DNA of 28,208 nucleotides, taken from NCBI GenBank assembly GCA_020851885.1, contig JADZBW010000091.1:1-28208 (forward strand), in the 5' to 3' direction. This stretch comes from Fimbriimonadaceae bacterium (lineage in GTDB: Bacteria > Armatimonadota > Fimbriimonadia > Fimbriimonadales > Fimbriimonadaceae). Within the stretch, counting starts at the first letter, position 1. Each line of letters starts with the position of its first letter. Positions 9,557-16,594 of this stretch are shown here, piece by piece. The translations under genes were made by a program, and so were the position numbers. Under the pieces are notes generated by a model. The model did not search any database. It was not told the DNA's origin and was given only the letters and a program-made list of their open reading frames with translations.

Positions 9557-9681
9557 ATACCTTGGCTGACCAAGCCATACCACGCCACGCCGAACCGGAC
9601 CGGACCATTCCTGTCCTCGCCGGGTCACGCCGATCCGTGCCGAGCCATGCTCAACCACGCCAAGCCCAAGCTTGCCGTGCC
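9557..9681 (-). ncRNA. Array of 25 phased GGY-NN pentamers; putative guide RNA of the adjacent RAMP protein (VIPR-like RNA)
   Basis: Minus strand: GGCAC GGCAA GCTTG GGCTT GGCGT GGTTG AGCAT GGCTC GGCAC GGATC GGCGT GACCC GGCGA GGACA GGAAT GGTCC GGTCC GGTTC GGCGT GGCGT GGTAT GGCTT GGTCA GCCAA GGTAT. 18 GGY, 3 GGA, 4 single-base variants, no indels. The repeat is directly visible; RNA function is inferred. Confidence 0.75.
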
Positions 9682-9689
9682 ACTAAATC

Positions 9690-10334
9690 TCACTCTACTC
9701 GAATACCAGTGAGTGCAAATCGCCCAAATGTTGGTCTGAAGTCCGCGACTCCGACCAAACGGCCAGCCTGAGAGATCGTCTCAGCTAAAGCCTCGACTGG
9801 GATGTATTCAGGAGTCAGCACTTGAAGTAAAACCTCGCATGACCACCCCGCGAGAAACGCCGGTCGAATGCGGGTTACCGCGTTCCTCTGAATCATGACT
9901 CTCCGTCTGTCCAAGTAATCCCACTCGGACGCCGGTTCCTGCTTTCCCGATGCTGTTATAGGGCAAAGATCGTCCAGACTGACGACTCCCGCCTTGAATA
10001 AGTCCATGCCGGACTTTCTAGGGCTTCTCGGGTCCTGCCTGAACTTTGCTGATTGAATAATTGCCCCTCTGAGATACTCGCCCGGAATACAAATCTGGTT
10101 AGATTCATTCCTGTAGACGTAGCTCTCGATATTGTCTTCCTTCTTTGCCTTGCTTCCTTTAGCAGCAGAAGCCTTGGCTTCCACGTCGTCACATGACCAT
10201 CTATGAAACAGAATTGGGCTTGTCCCTTGGATTTTGACCGCGACAACATATGGCGTTGACATCTCGATTGAGAATTCGCCGTCGTTGGTTGGGTTGCTAA
10301 TCGCTGTTGGATCTGCCGACTCGCTCTTACTCAT
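9690..10334 (-). CDS. Stand-alone RAMP / Cas7-like RNA-binding protein (214 aa; Vipr-like)
   Basis: RAMP-type motifs in order: VAVKIQGTSPILFH, ICIPGEYLRGAIIQSA, RIRPAF..WSCEVLLQV, and C-terminal G-loop AGRLVGVADFRPTFGRF. Strong AGGAGG SD. No other cas genes or CRISPR array in the window. Confidence 0.75.
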   Translation of the reverse strand: MSKSESADPTAISNPTNDGEFSIEMSTPYVVAVKIQGTSPILFHRWSCDDVEAKASAAKGSKAKKEDNIESYVYRNESNQICIPGEYLRGAIIQSAKFRQDPRSPRKSGMDLFKAGVVSLDDLCPITASGKQEPASEWDYLDRRRVMIQRNAVTRIRPAFLAGWSCEVLLQVLTPEYIPVEALAETISQAGRLVGVADFRPTFGRFALTGIRVE

Positions 10335-10371
10335 AGTCCTCCTCTGGATTTGCCTTGCTTGTTGCAGGCTT

Positions 10372-10426
10372 GATTATTATTACACACCAAATATAAGAGC
10401 GTCAATACTTATGTGTAATAATAATC
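10372..10426. promoter_or_regulatory. Divergent promoter region with a perfect 15-bp inverted repeat (putative RHH operator)
   Basis: GATTATTATTACACA (10372-10386), 25 nt spacer, TGTGTAATAATAATC (10412-10426). Minus-strand TTGACG (10405-10400) lies 17 nt from TAATAA; AT-rich island in a GC-rich genome. Confidence 0.7.
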
Positions 10427-10428
10427 CG

Positions 10429-10617
10429 ATGGCCAGAGGAAGACCGAAAAAGGAAGTCAAGAAGATTAGGATCAATCTCGCGATGGACCCTAAGGTAAAC
10501 GAGGGATTGAGTGCCGCATCGGAAGCGACCGGCGTATCAAAGTCGCAGATCGTCGAGGATGCAGTTATTCAGGTTTTGAATCTGCCTTTTCCTTCTTCGG
10601 ATCAGGAGCCGGCTTAG
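10429..10617 (+). CDS. Ribbon-helix-helix (CopG/Arc-like) regulator (62 aa)
   Basis: MARGRPKKEVKKIRINLAMDPKVNEGLSAASEATGVSKSQIVEDAV: GRP arm, alternating beta strand, helix-G.SKS-helix. The track start at 10234 is over-extended; likely leaderless. Confidence 0.8.
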   Translation: MARGRPKKEVKKIRINLAMDPKVNEGLSAASEATGVSKSQIVEDAVIQVLNLPFPSSDQEPA

Positions 10618-10681
10618 CCTCCACTTTCGGCCCGTCCAGTTCTGGGTTTGGTTTCGATTTGTATTCTGGGAATCCTGCCAT
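10565..10681 (-). CDS. Small K/P/E-rich protein (38 aa) after the tail tube gene
   Basis: MAGFPEYKSKPNPELDGPKVEAKPAPDPKKEKADSKPE* with AGGAG SD overlapping the tail tube stop; below the ORF-track length cutoff. Confidence 0.5.
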   Translation of the reverse strand: MAGFPEYKSKPNPELDGPKVEAKPAPDPKKEKADSKPE

Positions 10682-10689
10682 GTCTACTC

Positions 10690-11466
10690 CTATGCCGCAG
10701 TGAAGCTCGGTCTACCTTGATTGGCGAACGTGAAGCTTGATTTGATCAGCGCGCCGTTGTCGATCTTAAACCGAGCGGAATCCAGGATTGCGTTTCCGCT
10801 GTATTGAGATCCTCCGCTATCTGCCGCCCAAGCTAGGTAAGCATCCCCGGTCATGATCTCGACCATCATCGTATCTCCGCTCACGCTCGTCGGTGTTCCG
10901 TTGTTCTTGATCGTGACATTCTCCATCTGAAGAGATCCACTCTTAATGGAGTGTGACGCTGCGGTAAGGGTAACAGGCAAAGTGATTGAAAGGCCAGACC
11001 CAGCCGTGATGATAAGGACAGCCTGGACGCTCGTGATGTTGTTGGCAAGGGCGATCTCCATAAAGTCGGCATTGTCTGTGATGAACTTTTCTGCCGTGAC
11101 TTCATACTTGGTCGTGAGTGCCTGTGGCCAACGGAATAGGTCGGCCACTCCGTCGCTAAATTTCTTCTCCGTAGTGACAGAGAGTTCGCAGCTGTTGATC
11201 TCGCCAAGATAGGATGTGCCATCAAAGCTCCACACGGAAGCATTTAGGTTGCTTTGGCAGACCGCCGCCACGTGCGGAATCATGTCGCAGGACCAAGTGA
11301 ACTCCTTTTTGACAGGAATCTCTGAGTCATATCGCTCAGTGATTGCTCGGCAAACATCCGTGAGTACATTCGCGTCGAACTGAGCATCGGTGATGACGTC
11401 GATCCAACTGGTATCGCCGCCAAGGGACATGACGGTCACATCGAGATTTGTTAGTTTGTTTGCCAT
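10690..11466 (-). CDS. Major tail (tube) protein with internal duplication (258 aa)
   Basis: Position after the neck genes; ends with a tube-like SFTFANQGRPSFTAA; repeated half-domains visible. Confidence 0.75.
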   Translation of the reverse strand: MANKLTNLDVTVMSLGGDTSWIDVITDAQFDANVLTDVCRAITERYDSEIPVKKEFTWSCDMIPHVAAVCQSNLNASVWSFDGTSYLGEINSCELSVTTEKKFSDGVADLFRWPQALTTKYEVTAEKFITDNADFMEIALANNITSVQAVLIITAGSGLSITLPVTLTAASHSIKSGSLQMENVTIKNNGTPTSVSGDTMMVEIMTGDAYLAWAADSGGSQYSGNAILDSARFKIDNGALIKSSFTFANQGRPSFTAA

Positions 11467-11467
11467 T

Positions 11468-11941
11468 TTAGGTTGACCTTACGTTCTTGAAAAAGAAGTC
11501 TTTGAATGCCTTATTGCGAGAGCGAAGCAGGCTTAATGCTTTGCGTTTCATGCCACGAGCGACCATGACCCGCGTTCCACTTTCGGAAAGAATGAACTGG
11601 CTATATGGGACGCCTTTAGAAACGACCGCAAACCCGTTCTTCTTCCAGCTTCGTCCTTGAATAGATCTCCGCAGCCGCCCTGACACCATATTGATTGGGA
11701 GCATTGGCGCAGTACCGCGCTTCCGCCCGTTCGGAGTGCTCAAAATAGCAGCCCTGCCCCGTGCGTATTGGCCTCGCGTCTGCTTTGGCGTAAGGTGACC
11801 GCCTGTTAGGTCGATGGCGTCTTGCGTAGCTCCTTCTCGCATCATCTTCAGCCCGTCCGCGATGCTTGCATTGGCTTTAGCCATCCTCGCCATCTGCGCG
11901 TTATACAGATCGAGCGGATTCTTGAACCGTCGCTGAGCCAT
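11468..11941 (-). CDS. HK97 gp10-like neck/tail completion protein (157 aa)
   Basis: Basic protein with P..SGRLRRSI and PYSQFI..GTRVM.AR motifs; position. Confidence 0.7.
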   Translation of the reverse strand: MAQRRFKNPLDLYNAQMARMAKANASIADGLKMMREGATQDAIDLTGGHLTPKQTRGQYARGRAAILSTPNGRKRGTAPMLPINMVSGRLRRSIQGRSWKKNGFAVVSKGVPYSQFILSESGTRVMVARGMKRKALSLLRSRNKAFKDFFFKNVRST

Positions 11942-12369
11942 TAGTGATGATCCTCTTCAACCTTGCATTCAAACGTGATCGAGAATTCATATGATTTCTT
12001 TTGAGGCTCATCGTTCTCTGTAGGATCAAACTCAGTGACAATCGGCAGATATGCAACAGCGGCATAGTTCGGACCGGTGACCAATTGGCTAATCAGCAGA
12101 TTGGCTTTGGTGATCTTGCATAAGAGGATGTTCCCTGAAGTCGGGAAGGGGAATCGGCCCGTAATTCTGAACGTATAGGTTTGAACTACCTTTCTAAGGC
12201 CTTGGAACTCCTGAGATACTCCTATTAAATCGACGACGGCGTAAGTCGTGGCTGTCTGCGGAAGCCTGACGAGATCGAATTCGACCGTCGCGTTGGTGAG
12301 CCCCCACGCATCGATGCAGTCTTGCTTGATCGCATCGAGCAACGTTGCCGCTTGGGTGAGTTGGCTCAT
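11941..12369 (-). CDS. Putative tail terminator (142 aa)
   Basis: Size, position and helix/beta pattern typical of gpU/gp17-like proteins. Confidence 0.55.
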   Translation of the reverse strand: MSQLTQAATLLDAIKQDCIDAWGLTNATVEFDLVRLPQTATTYAVVDLIGVSQEFQGLRKVVQTYTFRITGRFPFPTSGNILLCKITKANLLISQLVTGPNYAAVAYLPIVTEFDPTENDEPQKKSYEFSITFECKVEEDHH

Positions 12370-12707
12370 TCGTGCTCACGCTCGAGGAGGATTTGAACGC
12401 AGTCGGTTGTCTGCCCTGCCTGCCAAACCATTGGCGGCGCCATGACGAAATAGTTCTTGCCGCCCCAGGCAACACGGTCGCCGACCTTTGCCGTTTCGCC
12501 GTCTGCTTTGTTGCAGAGCATCAGCTGTGGCCTTTTGAGATCGACATCGCCGCCGAATGTGCGAACCACTTGTTCAGCAGTGAGTGGCGTCACCTGGCAC
12601 ATGATCGTTCGCGCCGTTCCTTCTTCTGGGACATCGACCCGCCCGCCCGTATAGGTGGCATTGACAGGGATAAACGTCACCTTGTGCGGTCGTCTGCGGA
12701 GTGCCAT
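12366..12707 (-). CDS. Head-closure/stopper protein (SPP1 gp16-like, 113 aa)
   Basis: KVGDRVAWGGKNYFV motif; follows the connector gene. Confidence 0.7.
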   Translation of the reverse strand: MALRRRPHKVTFIPVNATYTGGRVDVPEEGTARTIMCQVTPLTAEQVVRTFGGDVDLKRPQLMLCNKADGETAKVGDRVAWGGKNYFVMAPPMVWQAGQTTDCVQILLEREHE

Positions 12708-13312
12708 TAGATATCAATCCTACGATTGAGCCATGCGCACTCGTGGAACGTAAGCAGCAGCGCTCCACGTTGGCCACTGTAGATGGCATCCGTTTTGTCC
12801 GGCTGCGCGTATTCGAACTCAACCGGACCCTGCTTTTCCTTGACAACCGACCCCTCTAGCCCGGTCAATGCTGGGTAAAGATCATATGCAGCTTTGGAAA
12901 GGATTGCCAACTTCTGAGAGTTGGAGTAAGACGAAGTGAACCCAAACGTGCCAGTGATTGCGATCGAAACGGGCTTGACAAATGCCCTTCCGAAGTCGAT
13001 CCCGCTATACGGTTGGTCGTTGTTTCGGCGCCGCAAGTCCACAGAATCGACGCTGATCGAGTTTTCGTTGATCGTGATTGCGGTTACGGTTTGGATGGCG
13101 ACGGGAAACCAGATGGGATCGCCTGTCATCTGATCGAACGTCTTCGTTTCTGATGTGCCGATCAGGAAAGGTTTCCATCCCGACAACGCCTCAAAGGAGT
13201 CTTCCGCCGCTTCTACTGCCGCTTTGTAGTCGAGCGTAGTCAGGCTGTTGCACACGTCGATGCCGCGACCCTTAATGAACGCTTTCAGATCGAGATAGGT
13301 TGGAGACGGCAT
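12707..13312 (-). CDS. Head-tail connector/adaptor (201 aa)
   Basis: N-terminal TYLDLKAFI..AAVEAAE helices, ITGTFGF..KLAIL, C-terminal KEKQGPVEFEY. Confidence 0.7.
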   Translation of the reverse strand: MPSPTYLDLKAFIKGRGIDVCNSLTTLDYKAAVEAAEDSFEALSGWKPFLIGTSETKTFDQMTGDPIWFPVAIQTVTAITINENSISVDSVDLRRRNNDQPYSGIDFGRAFVKPVSIAITGTFGFTSSYSNSQKLAILSKAAYDLYPALTGLEGSVVKEKQGPVEFEYAQPDKTDAIYSGQRGALLLTFHECAWLNRRIDI

Positions 13313-13315
13313 CTC

Positions 13316-13528
13316 TTATTTCCGGCGCTTGCGGGGAGTCGGCACCGCTTGATCAGATTTGATCTCGGACGGGGTTTGAACTGCTTTGGTTTCTTCTGGA
13401 GCGGTGACTGCTTTAGATCCGCCTTGCCTCAAAGCGTGAAGTTCTTCGGGAGTAACTAACTCCTCGCGGCCATCTGCGTAGCGAATGCGGTATCGGCCGT
13501 TTTCAATATGCGTTGGTTTGAATTCCAT
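13316..13528 (-). CDS. Small hypothetical head-region protein (70 aa)
   Basis: ATG at 13528 with GAGGA SD; low-complexity basic tail (ETKAV repeats, PRKRRK). Confidence 0.6.
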   Translation of the reverse strand: MEFKPTHIENGRYRIRYADGREELVTPEELHALRQGGSKAVTAPEETKAVQTPSEIKSDQAVPTPRKRRK

Positions 13529-13539
13529 TGTTTTCCTCA

Positions 13540-13563
13540 CCCCCGGACCAATCGATCCGGGGG
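13540..13563 (-). other. GC-rich hairpin downstream of the capsid/decoration genes (mRNA stabiliser or attenuator)
   Basis: Minus strand CCCCCGGATC-GATT-GGTCCGGGGG; no U-tract. Confidence 0.45.
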
Positions 13564-13588
13564 CTTAAGGGATTGCGTCAGGCTCTGG

Positions 13589-14053
13589 CTACGCCGTGCC
13601 TTCAGCTGGCTCCGAGAAGGTCTCGATAGCCTTGACGGTTGCGCCATAGGTCGGTGCACCCTGCGCGGGGTTGTACAGGATCGCAATGAGGCTGTTGATC
13701 GTGGCATTGCCACCATCGCCCCGAGTGAAGACTGCGCGAAGATATCGCTTCTTGGGAACGCGAACGTCCCAAATGAGAAGCTTGTCGTCGTCAGTGGCCC
13801 CGACCTGAGTCAGCGCCGAGCCGAGGATGTCGGAGTAATCGTCCGAGCTTCCATTGTCCGAAGACTGTTGAAGCTTGGAATCCACCGAGCTGCTGGCAGC
13901 CATTGTGCCGACCGCAGCGACGATCATCACGCCGCCATACCCCATGGTGTCGATTGCGCCAGAGTTCACGTCGGACGTGCCTGCCGCAAGGGTGTAGTTG
14001 GTCCCGTCGATCGTGATCGCTCGGACCTCAGCATTCTTGGCAAGTGTTTGCAC
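13589..14053 (-). CDS. Putative capsid decoration/cement protein (154 aa)
   Basis: Directly after the major capsid gene; IDTMGY..KLQQS..KRYLR jelly-roll-like pattern. Confidence 0.6.
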   Translation of the reverse strand: MQTLAKNAEVRAITIDGTNYTLAAGTSDVNSGAIDTMGYGGVMIVAAVGTMAASSSVDSKLQQSSDNGSSDDYSDILGSALTQVGATDDDKLLIWDVRVPKKRYLRAVFTRGDGGNATINSLIAILYNPAQGAPTYGATVKAIETFSEPAEGTA

Positions 14054-14090
14054 TTTCTTTCTTTCTCCTATTGGGATAGAGTGCCTAGGC

Positions 14091-15497
14091 TTAGGCGTTG
14101 TCCGACTTGACGATCTTCATCTTGAAGGGCTCTGCGACCTTGCCACCGAATCGAAGCCTGCCAAGCATGACTTGGTAGTTCTCCTCGGCGTACTTCTCAC
14201 GGATCATCTGAACGGACATGCCGATTCGGTTGACCAAGAAGTAGCCGGAAAGGTCTCCGAAAACCGCTGGGTATGCGCCGTCGCCGATGTTGGCGCAGAA
14301 CGCGGACCAACAGACGGGGTAACCGCAGAGCGTGTCTGGCGTGCGCCCGACGAGCCCAGGGAAGACCTGCCCGTCGACGAAGAGGAACGGACCGTCAGTC
14401 GTGGTCGATCCACCAGCTCGCATCTGCGCAATCGTCTTGCCAAAGCTGGCCCGGTTTCCAACCCAGCAGGCATTCTCATTGAGATACTGCTCGGGAAGGT
14501 CGAACGGTAAGCCTCGAAGCTGATTGGCGTCGATGGTGTTGGCTGTGCTCGACAGGACAACCGCTGGCTCGTCGGTGCCTCCTGGAGATCGGAAGATGCC
14601 CCAAGGATTGGTGCCAACGCCGGTACCGTTCAGGATCTGATTGTCCTTAAGTAAGGCGATCGTTTCGCTGAACTTGCCGGATGCCCACTGCAAGAGCGGG
14701 AAGTCTGCATCTTCGATGAGATCGTTCGTCAACGGCATGGAGAGCATCCATGTGCCGATCTCGATGCGAGTCTGACCGAATACAGGGTCCGTCACTCTGT
14801 GGACAGTCGAGGATGACGGCACCTCTCCAGTCAACGTGGCTCGAATTCCCGTCGAGTACAGATCGTCGGTGGAGTAAACCACCCTCGGCATCGTCAGGCT
14901 ATTCTTGCCAGTGTTGAAGTTGCTGACCCGGCCATTGACGCGAGTTGGAGTCGGGGACTTCTCGATCAGGCGATTCAGCATTTCAGTCGGCACGAAGAAT
15001 CCGCCAGCGTCGTCGATACCTTCCGATAGGGTCTTGCGCTCAATTGAGTCGAGCCCGTCCATATCGCCGCGCTTTCGAACATACAAGTTGAACGCCTTCA
15101 GATAGGCAGGATCCGCAAGCGCCTTTCGTTGCTTCTCGCTAAAGAGCCCTTGCCCTTCTTGGAGCACTTCGAACCCGTTCTTGGTGGATTCGATGTGGGT
15201 TGTGCCCGCGGGTTGCGAACCAAGAACCTGAACTCCGCCACTCTTGCCATCCAGTCCCTTGGTGCCCATATCGAGCGACAAAGCTGGATCTTTCAAGAAC
15301 GCATTCAGTTCGCTCGTGTCGCCACTGAGCTTCTTGATTTGGTTGATCTGGTCGACGATGCCGCGGAGTTCGTTGTTGATCTCCGTTGCCTTTGTAATGT
15401 CATCGGTCGTCATTTCTGAGCCCTTGGCGATAAGCGCGTCGCGCGCTTCCGTCTTGGACTTGAAATCCGCTTGATGCTTGATTAGAAGTTCTTTCAC
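14091..15497 (-). CDS. Major capsid protein, HK97 family (468 aa)
   Basis: Coiled-coil delta domain, AGGFFVPTE, ILNGTG, FGDLSGY, RFGGKV motifs. Confidence 0.95.
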   Translation of the reverse strand: MKELLIKHQADFKSKTEARDALIAKGSEMTTDDITKATEINNELRGIVDQINQIKKLSGDTSELNAFLKDPALSLDMGTKGLDGKSGGVQVLGSQPAGTTHIESTKNGFEVLQEGQGLFSEKQRKALADPAYLKAFNLYVRKRGDMDGLDSIERKTLSEGIDDAGGFFVPTEMLNRLIEKSPTPTRVNGRVSNFNTGKNSLTMPRVVYSTDDLYSTGIRATLTGEVPSSSTVHRVTDPVFGQTRIEIGTWMLSMPLTNDLIEDADFPLLQWASGKFSETIALLKDNQILNGTGVGTNPWGIFRSPGGTDEPAVVLSSTANTIDANQLRGLPFDLPEQYLNENACWVGNRASFGKTIAQMRAGGSTTTDGPFLFVDGQVFPGLVGRTPDTLCGYPVCWSAFCANIGDGAYPAVFGDLSGYFLVNRIGMSVQMIREKYAEENYQVMLGRLRFGGKVAEPFKMKIVKSDNA

Positions 15498-15509
15498 TTT
15501 TGATTTCTC

Positions 15510-16358
15510 CTAGAGTGAGCCGATAAGCTCGTTTTCGATCAGCAGCGCTTCCATCTGGATCCGCTTAAGCTCCGCATCTACGTCGACCGCAGACTTCGGA
15601 GCCTCGAGTAACCCGTTCAGGAGGCCCTGCAATTGGCGTATCTCGTCGACCCTTGCCGGGTCTATCGATGCGCCCTTTTCGTCGCGCATGGCTTTGATTT
15701 CCGCTGCGCGATTGACGAACTCCCTGACAGCACCAAGAACTGCTTCGGAGTGTTTGGCGAAGGTGAGGCCATCAGGAACCTCTTCTCCGCCCTGGAAAGC
15801 GTTTAGAGACTTGAGTGCCGATGCCGTGGCTTTTGGATTTGCCGGCACGGTAACGATCGAAACCTCGAAGAGTTCGCCCACCTTTGTAATGGCTCGAACC
15901 CATTTGGATTTCTTGATCGCTTGGGCGTCGAATAGGCTGAGGTCGTATCCGCTTTTAGATGCATATTCGAGTAAGGCTGCGCCTTCTTCAAAAATGGCGA
16001 CACCCTCTCGCGCACAACTAAACCCGATGGAGAGCCCGATCGAGAGCCCCTTGCTGAGCCTTTCGGAAACGACGGTTTTAGCTTCTTGCGCATCATCTGT
16101 CGAGTGGAACTCCGCCTCGACGATCAACTCGTTGCCCTTCTCGTATGCCTTAGATGGCATTGCTACAGGCAAGCCACTCCAATCGTGGCCTACAGGCATA
16201 AACCCATCAGTCAGAAACCCTTTGATAGCTGACTTGAATGCGCCCGGGAATATCACGTCGTTGTATCGATCGACGTTGCCCATGACGGCGCCTGCGCCGA
16301 CGATGGTATTGCCTTCGAGCGTTCCGCCCGCAGCGATTGCCTTATGGAAGATGTTCAT
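15510..16358 (-). CDS. HK97-family prohead protease
   Basis: VDRYNDVIFPGAF, catalytic H (GHDW), GLSIGF, LFEVSIVTVPANP. Confidence 0.92.
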   Translation of the reverse strand: MNIFHKAIAAGGTLEGNTIVGAGAVMGNVDRYNDVIFPGAFKSAIKGFLTDGFMPVGHDWSGLPVAMPSKAYEKGNELIVEAEFHSTDDAQEAKTVVSERLSKGLSIGLSIGFSCAREGVAIFEEGAALLEYASKSGYDLSLFDAQAIKKSKWVRAITKVGELFEVSIVTVPANPKATASALKSLNAFQGGEEVPDGLTFAKHSEAVLGAVREFVNRAAEIKAMRDEKGASIDPARVDEIRQLQGLLNGLLEAPKSAVDVDAELKRIQMEALLIENELIGSL

Positions 16359-16383
16359 TGATTTGCTAGGAGAGGCATGCAAC

Positions 16384-16408
16384 AAAAAAGCCCTGCATCA
16401 GCAGAGCC
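16384..16408 (-). terminator. Intrinsic terminator between the MuF module and the protease gene
   Basis: Minus strand GCTCTGC-TGAT-GCAGGGC-TTTTTT. Confidence 0.65.
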
Positions 16409-16435
16409 TTTGTGTCGTTTGTGATCTTGCGATTG

Positions 16436-16594
16436 TTAATCGTCGTCAGGGATTGCGGGGACATTTCCCCCGATTTCTTCAAGTTCCGAATCGGTCATCG
16501 GCCGACTCTCGTTGACACCAGTGCGGCGCCTGAGATCCGGCTGCGGCGCTTTCTTCATCGCCTCTTCAATCAGCTTCCGAGTCTTTTCAGTCAT
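16436..16594 (-). CDS. Small protein (52 aa) overlapping the MuF stop; possible partner/immunity protein
   Basis: ATG at 16594 overlaps the end of the MuF gene; MTEKTRKLIEEAMKKAPQPD...PDDD. Confidence 0.5.
   Translation of the reverse strand: MTEKTRKLIEEAMKKAPQPDLRRRTGVNESRPMTDSELEEIGGNVPAIPDDD

Noticed and set aside
9557..9681. Classical CRISPR array or simple microsatellite
   Set aside because: No 23-50 nt repeats with spacers; positions 4-5 of each unit are too diverse, and the register too intact, for slippage expansion.
9562..9771. 69-aa plus-strand ORF over the pentamer array
   Set aside because: Low-complexity R/P/A translation caused by the 5-nt repeat; overlaps the RAMP gene antisense; no SD.
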